Below, piece after piece: positions 1 to 9,782 of a DNA stretch of 64,000 nucleotides. Positions within the stretch are counted from its first letter, which is position 1, and each line of letters opens with the position of its first letter. Origin of the DNA: Candidatus Arcticimaribacter sp. (lineage in GTDB: Bacteria > Bacteroidota > Bacteroidia > Flavobacteriales > Flavobacteriaceae); the NCBI GenBank assembly GCA_003023645.1, contig PXYQ01000001.1:258-64257 (forward strand). The letters are read 5' to 3'. The notes beneath the pieces are model-generated. The model was not told the DNA's origin. It made no database searches and saw only the letters and a program-made list of their open reading frames with translations. A program made the translations under genes and the position numbers.

Positions 1-549
1 GGATAGTTCAAATTCAATTTTACCTTCGTAAAAGTCAAGCATTTTTAAATGCTTCGTTTTTAAGTTTTCATATCGTTCTTTCCAATCTGGAAGTAAGATG
101 TCACCAACACGAATTCCGTTTCGTCCGGTCTTGTCCATATATGTTGGCCCAATTCCTTTAAGGGTAGATCCAATTTTAGCTTTTCCTTTTGATGCTTCTG
201 AGGCAGCGTCTAAAAGACGGTGAGTTGGAAGAATCAAATGCGCTTTTTTAGATATTAAAAGCTTGTTTGGAAAATCAATGTTAAAAGGGGCTAGTTTTTC
301 AATTTCTGTTTGAAAAATAACAGGGTCAATTACAACGCCGTTACCGATTAAATTGAGTGCAGTTGGATGAAATATTCCAGAAGGAATGGTGTGTAAAACG
401 TGAGAAATCCCATCGAATTTAAGGGTGTGACCTGCATTTGGTCCCCCTTGAAAACGTGCGATAATATCATAATTCGTGGTAAGGACATCCACAATTTTTC
501 CCTTTCCTTCATCTCCCCATTGGAGACCTAATAATAAGTCAATAGACAT
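1..549 (-). CDS. purA: adenylosuccinate synthetase (3' end runs off the window)
   Basis: Manual translation from CAT at 547-549: MSIDLLLGLQWGDEGKGKIVDVL...RFQGGPNAGHT, the PurA signature. Not in the ORF track. Confidence 0.97.
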   Translation of the reverse strand, partial: MSIDLLLGLQWGDEGKGKIVDVLTTNYDIIARFQGGPNAGHTLKFDGISHVLHTIPSGIFHPTALNLIGNGVVIDPVIFQTEIEKLAPFNIDFPNKLLISKKAHLILPTHRLLDAASEASKGKAKIGSTLKGIGPTYMDKTGRNGIRVGDILLPDWKERYENLKTKHLKMLDFYEGKIEFELS

Positions 550-567
550 AGTAAGCTAATGTTATAT

Positions 568-1017
568 TTATGATTCTTTTTTAGTGCCGTAAAAGTATAA
601 AGAATGATGATGAATATCAACATTAAATACCTCTTCGATTGTTTTTTTTATGCTCTGAATTCGAGGATCGCAAAACTCCTTTACTTCTCCAGTATCTGTA
701 AGTATAATATGATCGTGTTGCTTGTCGAAAAACGACTTTTCGTACTGAGCCTGATTGTTTCCAAATTGATGTTTTCTTACCAATCCAGATTCAAGTAGAA
801 GCTCTATGGTGTTGTACAATGTAGCTCGGCTTACACGGTAGTTTTTGTTTTTCATCATGATATAGAGCGACTCAATGTCGAAATGGTCTTCGTTCTCATA
901 TATCTCATGGAGAATTGCAAAACGTTCGGGAGTTTTACGGTGTTTGTTTTGGTCCAGAAAGTTAATGAACACACCCTTGACAACTTCTTGAGGATTTTGT
1001 GTTTCCGCCATAATCAT
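568..1017 (-). CDS. fur: Fur-family transcriptional regulator
   Basis: [23 protein letters not shown] (HTH), HDH metal site; start may be the Met at 1011. Confidence 0.9.
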   Translation of the reverse strand: MIMAETQNPQEVVKGVFINFLDQNKHRKTPERFAILHEIYENEDHFDIESLYIMMKNKNYRVSRATLYNTIELLLESGLVRKHQFGNNQAQYEKSFFDKQHDHIILTDTGEVKEFCDPRIQSIKKTIEEVFNVDIHHHSLYFYGTKKES

Positions 1018-1028
1018 GATTTAGGTTA

Positions 1029-1036
1029 CAAATGTA
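1029..1036 (-). promoter_or_regulatory. Bacteroidota sigma70 -7 element (TACATTTG) upstream of fur
   Basis: Exact TAnnTTTG match 11 nt upstream of the ORF. Confidence 0.55.
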
Positions 1037-1048
1037 TCGTTTCTTTAA

Positions 1049-3250
1049 CTATTCTCGGGTAACTTTTTCAATTCCATTTATTTTCAGCAAATTGTTGACC
1101 AGTTTATCCAAGATCATACTGTTTTTGACACGCACATTTATTGAACCATTGAAAAGACCTTCATCTGTATCGAAATTGATTTTAAAAATATCGGCATGCA
1201 TATTATTCGAAATAACACGGGTTACTTGATTTACAAGGCCTGTCTGATCAATACCACTCAATTTGAGTGTTGCACTGAACTGTTGTTCTGAGGAATCAAC
1301 CCACCAGGCTGGTAAAACTCTGTAAGCAAAGTTAGACTGCAACGACAGTGAATTAGGACAATCATGGCGATGTACCTTCAGTCCATCGTGAATGGATAGA
1401 AAACCAAAAACTTTATCACCCCCTATGGGTGTGCAGCATTTAGATAAAGAGTAGGGGAGTTCTTCTTTGTCTTTACCGAAAACTAATTTATCGAAGGTTG
1501 ATGTAAATTCATCTCGATCGTTAATATTCTTACGTGCATTGGACGTGATCCTTTTCTTTATGAAATTGAAAAACGTGCTGTTGTAACTAGCCGCAAAATC
1601 TTTTAATTTTTTATTGTCGACGATGCCAATTCCAACACGATAAAATAAATCTAAACTGGTATTGACTTTGAAGTACAATACTAATCGTCGAATGGTTTTA
1701 TCGCTTAGGGTGATCTTTAATTGTTTGAGTTTTCTTCTCAATAATTCTTTTCCGTCTTCGGCAATGCGTTTTTTCTCTTCGTTTAGAGCAACTTTTATTC
1801 TTGATCGTGCCCTAGAAGTAATTACGTGATCCAGCCAATTTGCGGTAGGTTTGGAGTTTTCTGAGGTGATTATTTCAACGTTTTCTCCGCTTTTTAGTGT
1901 TCGGCTCAAAGGAACTAATTTTCCATTGATTCGAGCACCTCTGGCTTTTGCTCCAACTTCGGTATGAATACTGAATGCAAAGTCAAGAACAGATGAACCC
2001 GTTGGGAGGGATTTTAATTCTCCCTGAGGTGTAAAAACAAAAATTTCTTCTGAATATAGGTTGAGTTTAAAGTCCTCAACAAAATCAACCGCATTACTTT
2101 CTTTATTCTCTAAAACTTCTTGAACTCGGTTTAACCACGTGTCAATACCACTTTCTTTTTGTTCTCCTTGTTTGTATCTAAAATGTGCTGCGTAGCCTTT
2201 TTCTGCAATTTCGTGCATACGTTCTGAACGAATCTGCACCTCAACCCATTTGTTGTTGGGCCCCATAACTGTTATGTGAAGGGATTCATATCCGTTCGAT
2301 TTTGGAGAAGAAATCCAATCCCGAAGGCGGGTTGGGTTTGGCGTAAAGTGATCAGTTATGATGGAGTAAATTTTCCATGCTAAAAATTTCTCATTCTTCG
2401 GAGTAGATTTGTAAACCACGCGAATTGCAAATTTATCAAACACTCCTTCATAGGGAATGTTTTGTTTTTGCATTTTCTTATGGATCGAGAAAATCGATTT
2501 ACTCCTCCCTTTTATGAAATATTTTAAGCGTTCTCCATTGAGCGACTTTTCAATGAAAGCCGAAAAGTCTTTTATGTATTTATTTTGTTCTTCCTGACCG
2601 CCTTCGATTTTATCTTTTATAGCGTCAAATCGGAGGGGTTCGGTGTATTTTAAACTTAAGTCCTCCAACTCCGTTTTGATATTATACATTCCAATTCTAT
2701 GGGCAATTGGTGCATAGATATAAAGTGTCTCCGAGGCAATCTTAACCTGCTTATGCTCTGGCATGGAGTCCATGGTTTGCATATTATGCAGACGATCCGC
2801 TATTTTGATGATGATTACTCGGATATCATCATTGAGCGTTAAAAGCATTTTCCGAAAATTTTCCGCTTGCAAGGAAACATCAGTATCTTTTTTAAGGCTT
2901 GAAATTTTAGTTAATCCGTGTACTATTTTTGCAACCGTATTGCCAAAAAGACGTTCAATGTCGTCTAGAGTATATTCTGTGTCTTCAACTGTGTCATGTA
3001 ATAATGCCGCTGCAATACAAGCAGCGTCTAATCCTATTTCCGATGCTACGATCTTTGCAACAGCAATGGGATGAAATATGTAAGCTTCTCCCGATTTTCT
3101 TCTTTGGTCTTTATGGGCATCAACAGCAGTATCAAAAGCCAAACGTATCAGCTTCTTATCTTCTTCATTGAGTTGAAGGTAGCTGATGCGAAGCAACTCT
3201 TTGTATTGCTTGGCAATTTCCTTATTTTCTAACTGTTCGTCGATTATCAT
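1049..3250 (-). CDS. relA: bifunctional (p)ppGpp synthetase/hydrolase (Rel/SpoT)
   Basis: HD motif (LLHDTVED), DRLHNM, synthetase motifs YESLH and EVQIR, TGS region (FAFSIHTEVG), C-terminal ACT-like region. Confidence 0.93.
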   Translation of the reverse strand: MIIDEQLENKEIAKQYKELLRISYLQLNEEDKKLIRLAFDTAVDAHKDQRRKSGEAYIFHPIAVAKIVASEIGLDAACIAAALLHDTVEDTEYTLDDIERLFGNTVAKIVHGLTKISSLKKDTDVSLQAENFRKMLLTLNDDIRVIIIKIADRLHNMQTMDSMPEHKQVKIASETLYIYAPIAHRIGMYNIKTELEDLSLKYTEPLRFDAIKDKIEGGQEEQNKYIKDFSAFIEKSLNGERLKYFIKGRSKSIFSIHKKMQKQNIPYEGVFDKFAIRVVYKSTPKNEKFLAWKIYSIITDHFTPNPTRLRDWISSPKSNGYESLHITVMGPNNKWVEVQIRSERMHEIAEKGYAAHFRYKQGEQKESGIDTWLNRVQEVLENKESNAVDFVEDFKLNLYSEEIFVFTPQGELKSLPTGSSVLDFAFSIHTEVGAKARGARINGKLVPLSRTLKSGENVEIITSENSKPTANWLDHVITSRARSRIKVALNEEKKRIAEDGKELLRRKLKQLKITLSDKTIRRLVLYFKVNTSLDLFYRVGIGIVDNKKLKDFAASYNSTFFNFIKKRITSNARKNINDRDEFTSTFDKLVFGKDKEELPYSLSKCCTPIGGDKVFGFLSIHDGLKVHRHDCPNSLSLQSNFAYRVLPAWWVDSSEQQFSATLKLSGIDQTGLVNQVTRVISNNMHADIFKINFDTDEGLFNGSINVRVKNSMILDKLVNNLLKINGIEKVTRE

Positions 3251-3297
3251 CTTAAGAGTAAATTACGGAAACTAATTTAGCATCCAAAAGTTTCTTC

Positions 3298-4092
3298 TCA
3301 CTTTCTTTGACGTAGTGCTTCAAATAATATAATTCCAGCTGCAACAGAAACATTAAGTGAATCATTGACTCCTAACATGGGGATAACAATATGATGTTCA
3401 CTTTGTTTGCACCAACCGTCTGTAAGGCCAACATCTTCTGTGCCCACAGCGATAGCTGTTGCCTCGGTATAATTTTCTTCGGTATAGGCTTTTGCTTCTT
3501 CGGATAGGGCGGCACTATATAGTTTTATGTCATTTGATTTTAAAAAAGAAAAAACCTCTTCATTCGAAGCAATTGCTATTGGAATTGAAAACATGCATCC
3601 TACACTAGATCGAATTACATTGGGATTATATAAGTCAGTTTTGGGATTGGTTATGATTAGGGCATCAACTTTTGCAGCATCAACCGTTCGAGCCAATGCG
3701 CCAATATTTCCAGGTTTCTCAGGAGCTTCTGCAATAAGAATCAGCGGGTTCTCTTTCAGTTTGAGCACAGCTAAGCTGTGCTCTTTTTTTTGTGCTACAC
3801 CCAGAATATCCGATGTAGACCGATAGCAAAGAGTTTTGAATAACGTAGCAGACAATTCATATAGGATACAGCCATTATCTTGTTTTTCTAAGATTAACTG
3901 TTCTGTATCTTCAGCTCGTGCGGTATCGGTAACATAGAGTTCTTCAATCAAATATCCCGCTTGAATAGCATAACGAACTTCCTTTATTCCTTCAATTACA
4001 AATTGATTGTTTTCTGCTCTTTTCCTTGCCTTGTCTTGTAGCCCTCTGAGGGTTTTGATTTGAGGGTTTTGAGCACTCGAAATGTATCTCAT
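3298..4092 (-). CDS. TrmH/SpoU-family RNA methyltransferase
   Basis: EKPGNIGALART, VGTEDVG and IPMLGVNDSLNVSVA SPOUT motifs. Confidence 0.9.
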   Translation of the reverse strand: MRYISSAQNPQIKTLRGLQDKARKRAENNQFVIEGIKEVRYAIQAGYLIEELYVTDTARAEDTEQLILEKQDNGCILYELSATLFKTLCYRSTSDILGVAQKKEHSLAVLKLKENPLILIAEAPEKPGNIGALARTVDAAKVDALIITNPKTDLYNPNVIRSSVGCMFSIPIAIASNEEVFSFLKSNDIKLYSAALSEEAKAYTEENYTEATAIAVGTEDVGLTDGWCKQSEHHIVIPMLGVNDSLNVSVAAGIILFEALRQRK

Positions 4093-4097
4093 TAATT

Positions 4098-5393
4098 TTA
4101 TTTCCTAGAATATTTTTCCATGTAGCGTTTCCATAGTTCAGTTTGGTGCGTCTCTAATGAAAGTGCTCTTCCTTCAACAAAGGCATGTGTAAGTTGATTG
4201 GTTCGCATATCCAAAGCATCACCAAGAGATAAGAATAAGGTAGCGTCTTTCCCAACGGTTAGACTACCTAAACGATCTGCTACTCCAATGATTTTTGCTG
4301 CATTTAAGGTGATCATTTGTACTGCTTTTTCTTTTGGAACACCATAGGCTGCAAAACTTCCTGCATAAAACGGAAGGTTACGAGTATTCATACGTTCCAT
4401 TCTTCCACTCACATCAACGGTGATCAATAGACCAGCATCCATAAGGATTTTAGCCATTTTAAAAGGAAGTTTTATGTCTTGATCTTCTTGAGTTGGTAAT
4501 CGGTGTGGTCTAGAAACAATTACTGGAATGTCATGCTTCTTAAGAAAATCAGTTACCAAATGCGCTTCATTTCCGCCAACTAAGACAATTTTTTTAATTT
4601 GATGTTCTTTTAAAAATTGAATTCCGTCTACAATTTCGCGCTGACCATTGGCGTGTAAATACACAGTTTGACTCCCATCAAATGCATTGTTCATCGCAGC
4701 AAACGGAAGATGTTTGGTTTTTGATTGCACTTGATTGTATGCCTTTGATTCTTTTAGGAATCCACTGAGCGATTTTATTTTTTCTTCGTAACTTTTTTGA
4801 TTGTATTTGATGTCACTACTCGGTCCTCTTCTTCTGTTTGACGTATATGCCCGAGGCCAGTTGATGTGTAAACCTTCATCAGTTACTAATGCTGCATCTT
4901 CCCAATTCCATGCATCGAGTTTAACAACCGAAGAACTTCCAGAAATTACTCCACGTCTAGGGACTATTTGAGCTGATAAGATACCGTTTGGGCGTAAACT
5001 CTCGACCACTTTAGATTCGGCGTTATAGGCAATAATGGTTCTGATGTGTGGAAGATATTCCCCTATTTCATTCAAATCATTGGTTGCACGAACTGCGTCG
5101 ACTTCGACCATACCCACGGTGCTATTTGCTGCTATAAATCCAGGGTAAAGATGCTGTCCAGTGGCATCAATAGTTTTGCTGTACTCATTTTGTACGGCAT
5201 CTGCTGAAGCTACTTCTATAATTTTCCCATCGCGTAAACCGATTGCACTGTTTTCTAAAATTGTTCCGTCGCCAATATGAGCAGTAGCACCCAGTATTAG
5301 AATACTATTCTGTTGATCTGCTGCCGGTGTTTGTTGGGCTATTCCTAAAGTGCAGCAAAAAAGGAATACGAATGTTGAGATATAATTTTTCAT
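4098..5393 (-). CDS. secreted amidohydrolase-family protein lacking the HxH motif
   Basis: Signal peptide from MKNYISTF (ATG at 5393 avoids overlap with the upstream gene); IDATGQHLYPGFI and GSLTVGKDATLF; HxH replaced by AAN. Confidence 0.8.
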   Translation of the reverse strand: MKNYISTFVFLFCCTLGIAQQTPAADQQNSILILGATAHIGDGTILENSAIGLRDGKIIEVASADAVQNEYSKTIDATGQHLYPGFIAANSTVGMVEVDAVRATNDLNEIGEYLPHIRTIIAYNAESKVVESLRPNGILSAQIVPRRGVISGSSSVVKLDAWNWEDAALVTDEGLHINWPRAYTSNRRRGPSSDIKYNQKSYEEKIKSLSGFLKESKAYNQVQSKTKHLPFAAMNNAFDGSQTVYLHANGQREIVDGIQFLKEHQIKKIVLVGGNEAHLVTDFLKKHDIPVIVSRPHRLPTQEDQDIKLPFKMAKILMDAGLLITVDVSGRMERMNTRNLPFYAGSFAAYGVPKEKAVQMITLNAAKIIGVADRLGSLTVGKDATLFLSLGDALDMRTNQLTHAFVEGRALSLETHQTELWKRYMEKYSRK

Positions 5394-5403
5394 AATAATC
5401 AGA

Positions 5404-8385
5404 TTAATCAAGTGTTTCACAATGGAATTCTACTGCCTTTTTCTGTACTGGTTTTTGTGTTTTTGCACCACCATTTTTAGCGACTAGCATGTCTTGAATT
5501 AGTTTATTTTTTTCTTTAGCAATTTGTTCTACTTGTGCAGTAGCACGATCAAGGTCAAAGTATATAACCCCATCGATCATTGTTTTTTCTGCTACTGCGT
5601 ATATAGACATGGGATGATCGCTCCACAAAACAAGATCAGCAGATTTGCCTACTTTAACACTTCCAACTTCATCGTCAATATGCAATAATTTTGCTGGATT
5701 TAGTGTTACAAACTTCCAAGCATCTTCTTCAGATACTCCTCCGTATTTAACCGCTTTTGCAGCTTCTTGGTTCAATCGTCTGGACATTTCCGAATCATCC
5801 GAGTTGAAAGCTACTGTAACTCCTTGACTGTGCATGATTGCACCGTTGTAAGGAATTGCATCATTTACTTCAAATTTGTAGGCCCACCAGTCAGAGAAGG
5901 TTGAACCTCCAACCCCGTGTTCTTTCATCTTATCGGCTAATTTATAGCCTTCCAAGATATGAGTAAAAGTGTTGATGCGAACTCCAAAGCGATCTGCTAC
6001 TTTTAGTAACATATTGATTTCACTTTGAACATAAGAATGACAAGAAATAAAGCGTTTGCCATCTAAAATCTCAACCATGGTTTCCATTTCTAGATCGTAG
6101 CGTGGCGCTATAGTTTTGGCTTTTAATTTTTTAGATAAGGCATTGTATCCTTTCCATTCTGCTTTGTATTCCTTGGCACGTTGGAAATAGTCGGTAAAAA
6201 CCTGTTCAACTCCCATTCGTGTTTGTGGAAAACGAGCATAACTTTGCCAGTTCGATTGTTTTACGTTTTCTCCTAAAGCAAACTTGATGTACGGATCTGC
6301 ATTGGGATATAAAAGTTCATCTGCGCCAGCTCCCCATTTAGGCTTTATAATTGCAGAACGTCCGCCAATTGGGTTTGCAGAACCGTGAAGTATTTGTAAG
6401 GTGGTAACGCCTCCCGATAGGTTGCGGTATAAATTAATGTCATCTGGATTTATTACATCTTCGATCGTTACTTCTGCAGAAGAGTTTTGCCCGCCTTCGT
6501 TGATACTTGACGCGCCAATATGCGAATGCTCATCAATAACGCCACTGGTTAGGTGTTTGCCAGTCCCATCGATTACACGAGCTCCAGGTGCTTCATCGAT
6601 AGTGCCAACGGCTTTTATTTTTCCATTGACAACCCAAACACTTGCATTTTGTAGAATTCCTTCAGCTTCATTGGTCCAAACGGTAAGGTTGGTGAATAAA
6701 ACATTTTCTGAAGTTGGAAGTGTTTTGAAACCAAATCCATTATTTGGATAGGTTATTGGGAGTATTTTTTGGAGAACCTCTTTGTCTTTTTTATCTTTTT
6801 TAGGTTTTGAATCTTCCGTTTTATTCGCAGACCAGCTAATTGCCGATCCATCAAAAAAAGTTCCATCGCCATCAAAGCTATCCTGATTACTTATTTTGGA
6901 TTTAAGTTGTGCAAATTTAGTTTTGGTACTGTCACTAATTCTCAGTGTTAGCCATCCATTGTTATAGCGAGCTTCGGTTTTAAGGGTTGTTGAGTTCTGA
7001 ACCGTTTTTGCACTTATTTTAGTAGCACTTTTTGACAGGGTCAGTTCATACGAAGCATCGTTTATGCTTAAAGCATATGATCCGTCGATTGTAGTTTTAG
7101 CTGATGCTTGAATGATGTGCTGTTGCCCTTGAACCCAATTTTCATGAATCTTTGTTTCTTTCTCGAACAAAGGACCATCGGTTACCAAAAGATTTGCGTA
7201 AGCTCCTTTTTTCAACTCTCCAACATTTCCTTTCTGGTTAATCAGTTGCGCTGGGATTGTAGTCAAAGCGGCTAGTGCTCTTTCTGGGGATAATCCGTGT
7301 TGAACAGCTTTTTTGATATTGGGAAGGAAGCTCTTTACACTTTTTAAATCACTAGATGTGAATGCAAATTTAATTCCAGCATCAGCAATTGCTTTTGGGT
7401 TTGCTGGAGCTTGATTCCAATAACGCATTTTATTGAGCGATATTTTTTGTACAAGGAAGGGATCATCCACATCAAATGCTGCAGGGAAATTCACGGGAAC
7501 CAAAAGTGTTGGATTGAATTTCTTTAATGTATTCAATTGCTCATATTCCGTTCCATGTGCTTTTATGATATAGTTTTTTCCAAATTCTTTTCCAATTTTT
7601 GCAGCACGTGCTACGTCAAGTTTATTAGAAGTTTCGAAAATAGCAGGAAGCATTTGATTTTTGTTTAAAGCTTCTAATGCAAGGTCTTTATTTATTGCTC
7701 CTCCGTTTGCATACCAAGTTGCATCGTGGTAAACTTGACGGATAAGCGCCATGGCACCCATAATAGAGCCAGGGTAATATTGCCCTGAAGTATTACTTTT
7801 TTTGAACGATAGGTGCTGGGCTGCGCGATCTTCAATCATGCGATAACCATTATCTTGAATGTCGTTTAAAGCGACTAAAACACTTGAACCTCTGTGGATT
7901 CCTTCCTTTCGGTGGGTGTTAACCACTCCGAAGCCAGCAGCTCTGAGCTCTTTCGCTTTTTTATTATCGTATTTAAAGTCTGTACTACTGTCGTAATCTG
8001 GTATGATATGATCATTCCAATAGTACCCTTTTCGATTGGCATTATATTGAACGCTTCTTCTTCCGCTTGACTTGCTTTTTACAGCTGCAATCCCAAAACC
8101 AGAATGTAATTCTACAAAGGAAGGATAGATGTGTTTTCCTTTAAAATCAACTATTAAAGCGTTTTTTGGAATACTTAATGCAGTCCCTACGGCTTTGACT
8201 TTTCCGTTTTCAATGAGAAGCATCCCATTGTCTAGTTTTTGCAACGGATTCATATGAATGGTTGCACCCGTTAACATAATTTGTTTTGAGTTTTCCGTTT
8301 TAACGCCCTTGTTTGTTGGGAAATAATCTTGCGCATGACTGGCAAAAGAAACAAGAGTTATTAAAATAAAATGTAATGGTTTCAT
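5404..8385 (-). CDS. secreted two-domain amidohydrolase-family protein
   Basis: Signal peptide; two amidohydrolase units; the second carries IDEHSH and GSVKVGKSADLVLW. Confidence 0.85.
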   Translation of the reverse strand: MKPLHFILITLVSFASHAQDYFPTNKGVKTENSKQIMLTGATIHMNPLQKLDNGMLLIENGKVKAVGTALSIPKNALIVDFKGKHIYPSFVELHSGFGIAAVKSKSSGRRSVQYNANRKGYYWNDHIIPDYDSSTDFKYDNKKAKELRAAGFGVVNTHRKEGIHRGSSVLVALNDIQDNGYRMIEDRAAQHLSFKKSNTSGQYYPGSIMGAMALIRQVYHDATWYANGGAINKDLALEALNKNQMLPAIFETSNKLDVARAAKIGKEFGKNYIIKAHGTEYEQLNTLKKFNPTLLVPVNFPAAFDVDDPFLVQKISLNKMRYWNQAPANPKAIADAGIKFAFTSSDLKSVKSFLPNIKKAVQHGLSPERALAALTTIPAQLINQKGNVGELKKGAYANLLVTDGPLFEKETKIHENWVQGQQHIIQASAKTTIDGSYALSINDASYELTLSKSATKISAKTVQNSTTLKTEARYNNGWLTLRISDSTKTKFAQLKSKISNQDSFDGDGTFFDGSAISWSANKTEDSKPKKDKKDKEVLQKILPITYPNNGFGFKTLPTSENVLFTNLTVWTNEAEGILQNASVWVVNGKIKAVGTIDEAPGARVIDGTGKHLTSGVIDEHSHIGASSINEGGQNSSAEVTIEDVINPDDINLYRNLSGGVTTLQILHGSANPIGGRSAIIKPKWGAGADELLYPNADPYIKFALGENVKQSNWQSYARFPQTRMGVEQVFTDYFQRAKEYKAEWKGYNALSKKLKAKTIAPRYDLEMETMVEILDGKRFISCHSYVQSEINMLLKVADRFGVRINTFTHILEGYKLADKMKEHGVGGSTFSDWWAYKFEVNDAIPYNGAIMHSQGVTVAFNSDDSEMSRRLNQEAAKAVKYGGVSEEDAWKFVTLNPAKLLHIDDEVGSVKVGKSADLVLWSDHPMSIYAVAEKTMIDGVIYFDLDRATAQVEQIAKEKNKLIQDMLVAKNGGAKTQKPVQKKAVEFHCETLD

Positions 8386-8425
8386 TCGTTTTTGATTTTA
8401 TTGAATGAAAGTACGCTTTTTAGTA

Positions 8426-9490
8426 TTAAAATTTGAATTTATTTTGAAGATCGTAAGCAATAAGAAAAGCAACCATTTGATTGTATGTTTTAATTCCCGA
8501 TTCCTGACCATTTGCCTTGAGATAAACATCATAAGATTCCTTGAAAAATGGCTCAAACGGGTTCTTGTATTCTTCCCAGAAATCTCGACTTTCGGCAAAG
8601 TTTTCGAGGATTCCTGGATTTAGCTGTTGAACTAACATTTTTGCTTGATCGGGATCTCTTTTTATTAAATCACTATAACAATGTCGAAATCCAAAAAGGA
8701 CTGCTGCATACTTTAAATACGGGTCGGTGTTTTTAAAGGTATTGATAAACCCAATGAAATTCGCTTCGTTTTCGGCTGCATATCCGAGTTGGTGAGCCAT
8801 TTCGTGCGCAATGGTTACTGGTAAATTGATTTTCGGCATCCGCATATTGACTTGGGCTTCTAGCGTAAACGGATTTAGATAACCGGCATAGCCCATATAG
8901 CTCAAAGGTAAACTGAACAGAGATGCTTTTACTTGAGGCACATGAACGGTACTGCTCCACAAATCGTCATAGGAGCTTTGTATGCGTTTGGCAATTTCTT
9001 TTCTAGCATATGGAATAGAAACTGCAAGGGTGTCTGCACTGCTGAGCTGCCTGTGGAGTATATTGCTCATGATTGCAAAACGTGTCGTAAGATCAATCAA
9101 TAAAGAATCGGAGTATTGTTTTTCGGTAGGTAATTTCTCTGCCAGAGGAATTCTGTGGTAGTTGATTCCCCAGTTTAACTGAAAGAGTAAAAACAATAAG
9201 CTAATGAAAATTCCAAAACCAATGATATCGTTGATTTTTGGGAGTCTGAATTTTAGTAAAAAACGGATTACCGTATAGCAGATATATATTCCTAAACTTA
9301 GATATAACAAATCACCAAAAGAAAAGGGTATGGGCTTTATAAAAACGTGCTGCAAGTTAAATAGGAAGGGGTAAAAGATTTGGGAAAAGTATAACTCTAC
9401 TTTTTCAGGATATAAACTAATAATTCGAACCAGAAGTATTTGAGGTAGAATACTTGTTGCTAGTAAGATTTTGGTTCGGCTGGCTTTCAT
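8426..9490 (-). CDS. DUF3810-like membrane-anchored zincin protein
   Basis: N-terminal TM helices; AHEMAHQLG...ENEANF (HExxH+E); YLNPFTLEAQVN. Confidence 0.8.
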   Translation of the reverse strand: MKASRTKILLATSILPQILLVRIISLYPEKVELYFSQIFYPFLFNLQHVFIKPIPFSFGDLLYLSLGIYICYTVIRFLLKFRLPKINDIIGFGIFISLLFLLFQLNWGINYHRIPLAEKLPTEKQYSDSLLIDLTTRFAIMSNILHRQLSSADTLAVSIPYARKEIAKRIQSSYDDLWSSTVHVPQVKASLFSLPLSYMGYAGYLNPFTLEAQVNMRMPKINLPVTIAHEMAHQLGYAAENEANFIGFINTFKNTDPYLKYAAVLFGFRHCYSDLIKRDPDQAKMLVQQLNPGILENFAESRDFWEEYKNPFEPFFKESYDVYLKANGQESGIKTYNQMVAFLIAYDLQNKFKF

Positions 9491-9553
9491 AGGACTAAGA
9501 TAGTAATTAGCATCTAAAAAAAAGTTAAGGATTTTTTGTCTTAATTTGCACTT

Positions 9554-9676
9554 ATGAAAGAAGAAATGATTCGTGGTAAAGATGCTCTTGGAGGTTGTTT
9601 TTTTACAGGCTGTGCTTGTTTCTTGGTAGGAACGATTCTCCTAGCTCTTTTTGTTTTTCGAGGAGAATTATTTTAA
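9554..9676 (+). CDS. putative 40-aa single-pass membrane protein
   Basis: Manual translation MKEEMIRGKDALGGCFFTGCACFLVGTILLALFVFRGELF*; fills an intergenic gap and precedes a terminator; below the ORF-track length cutoff. Confidence 0.55.
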   Translation: MKEEMIRGKDALGGCFFTGCACFLVGTILLALFVFRGELF

Positions 9677-9739
9677 GTATCCAAGCTACGTTGAACCGAA
9701 ATACAAATACGATTTAGTGCTATGGAATTACACTAAAAC

Positions 9740-9766
9740 AAAAAACCCATCCGAAGATGGGTTTTT
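9740..9766. terminator. bidirectional intrinsic terminator
   Basis: AAAAACCCATC-CGAA-GATGGGTTTTT perfect hairpin between convergent ORFs. Confidence 0.85.
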
Positions 9767-9782
9767 AGAATCACAATTTTAT

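Noticed and set aside
568-1017. Fur lacking CxxC zinc motifs
   Set aside because: Cys-poor Fur proteins are a known variant, so this is not notable on its own.
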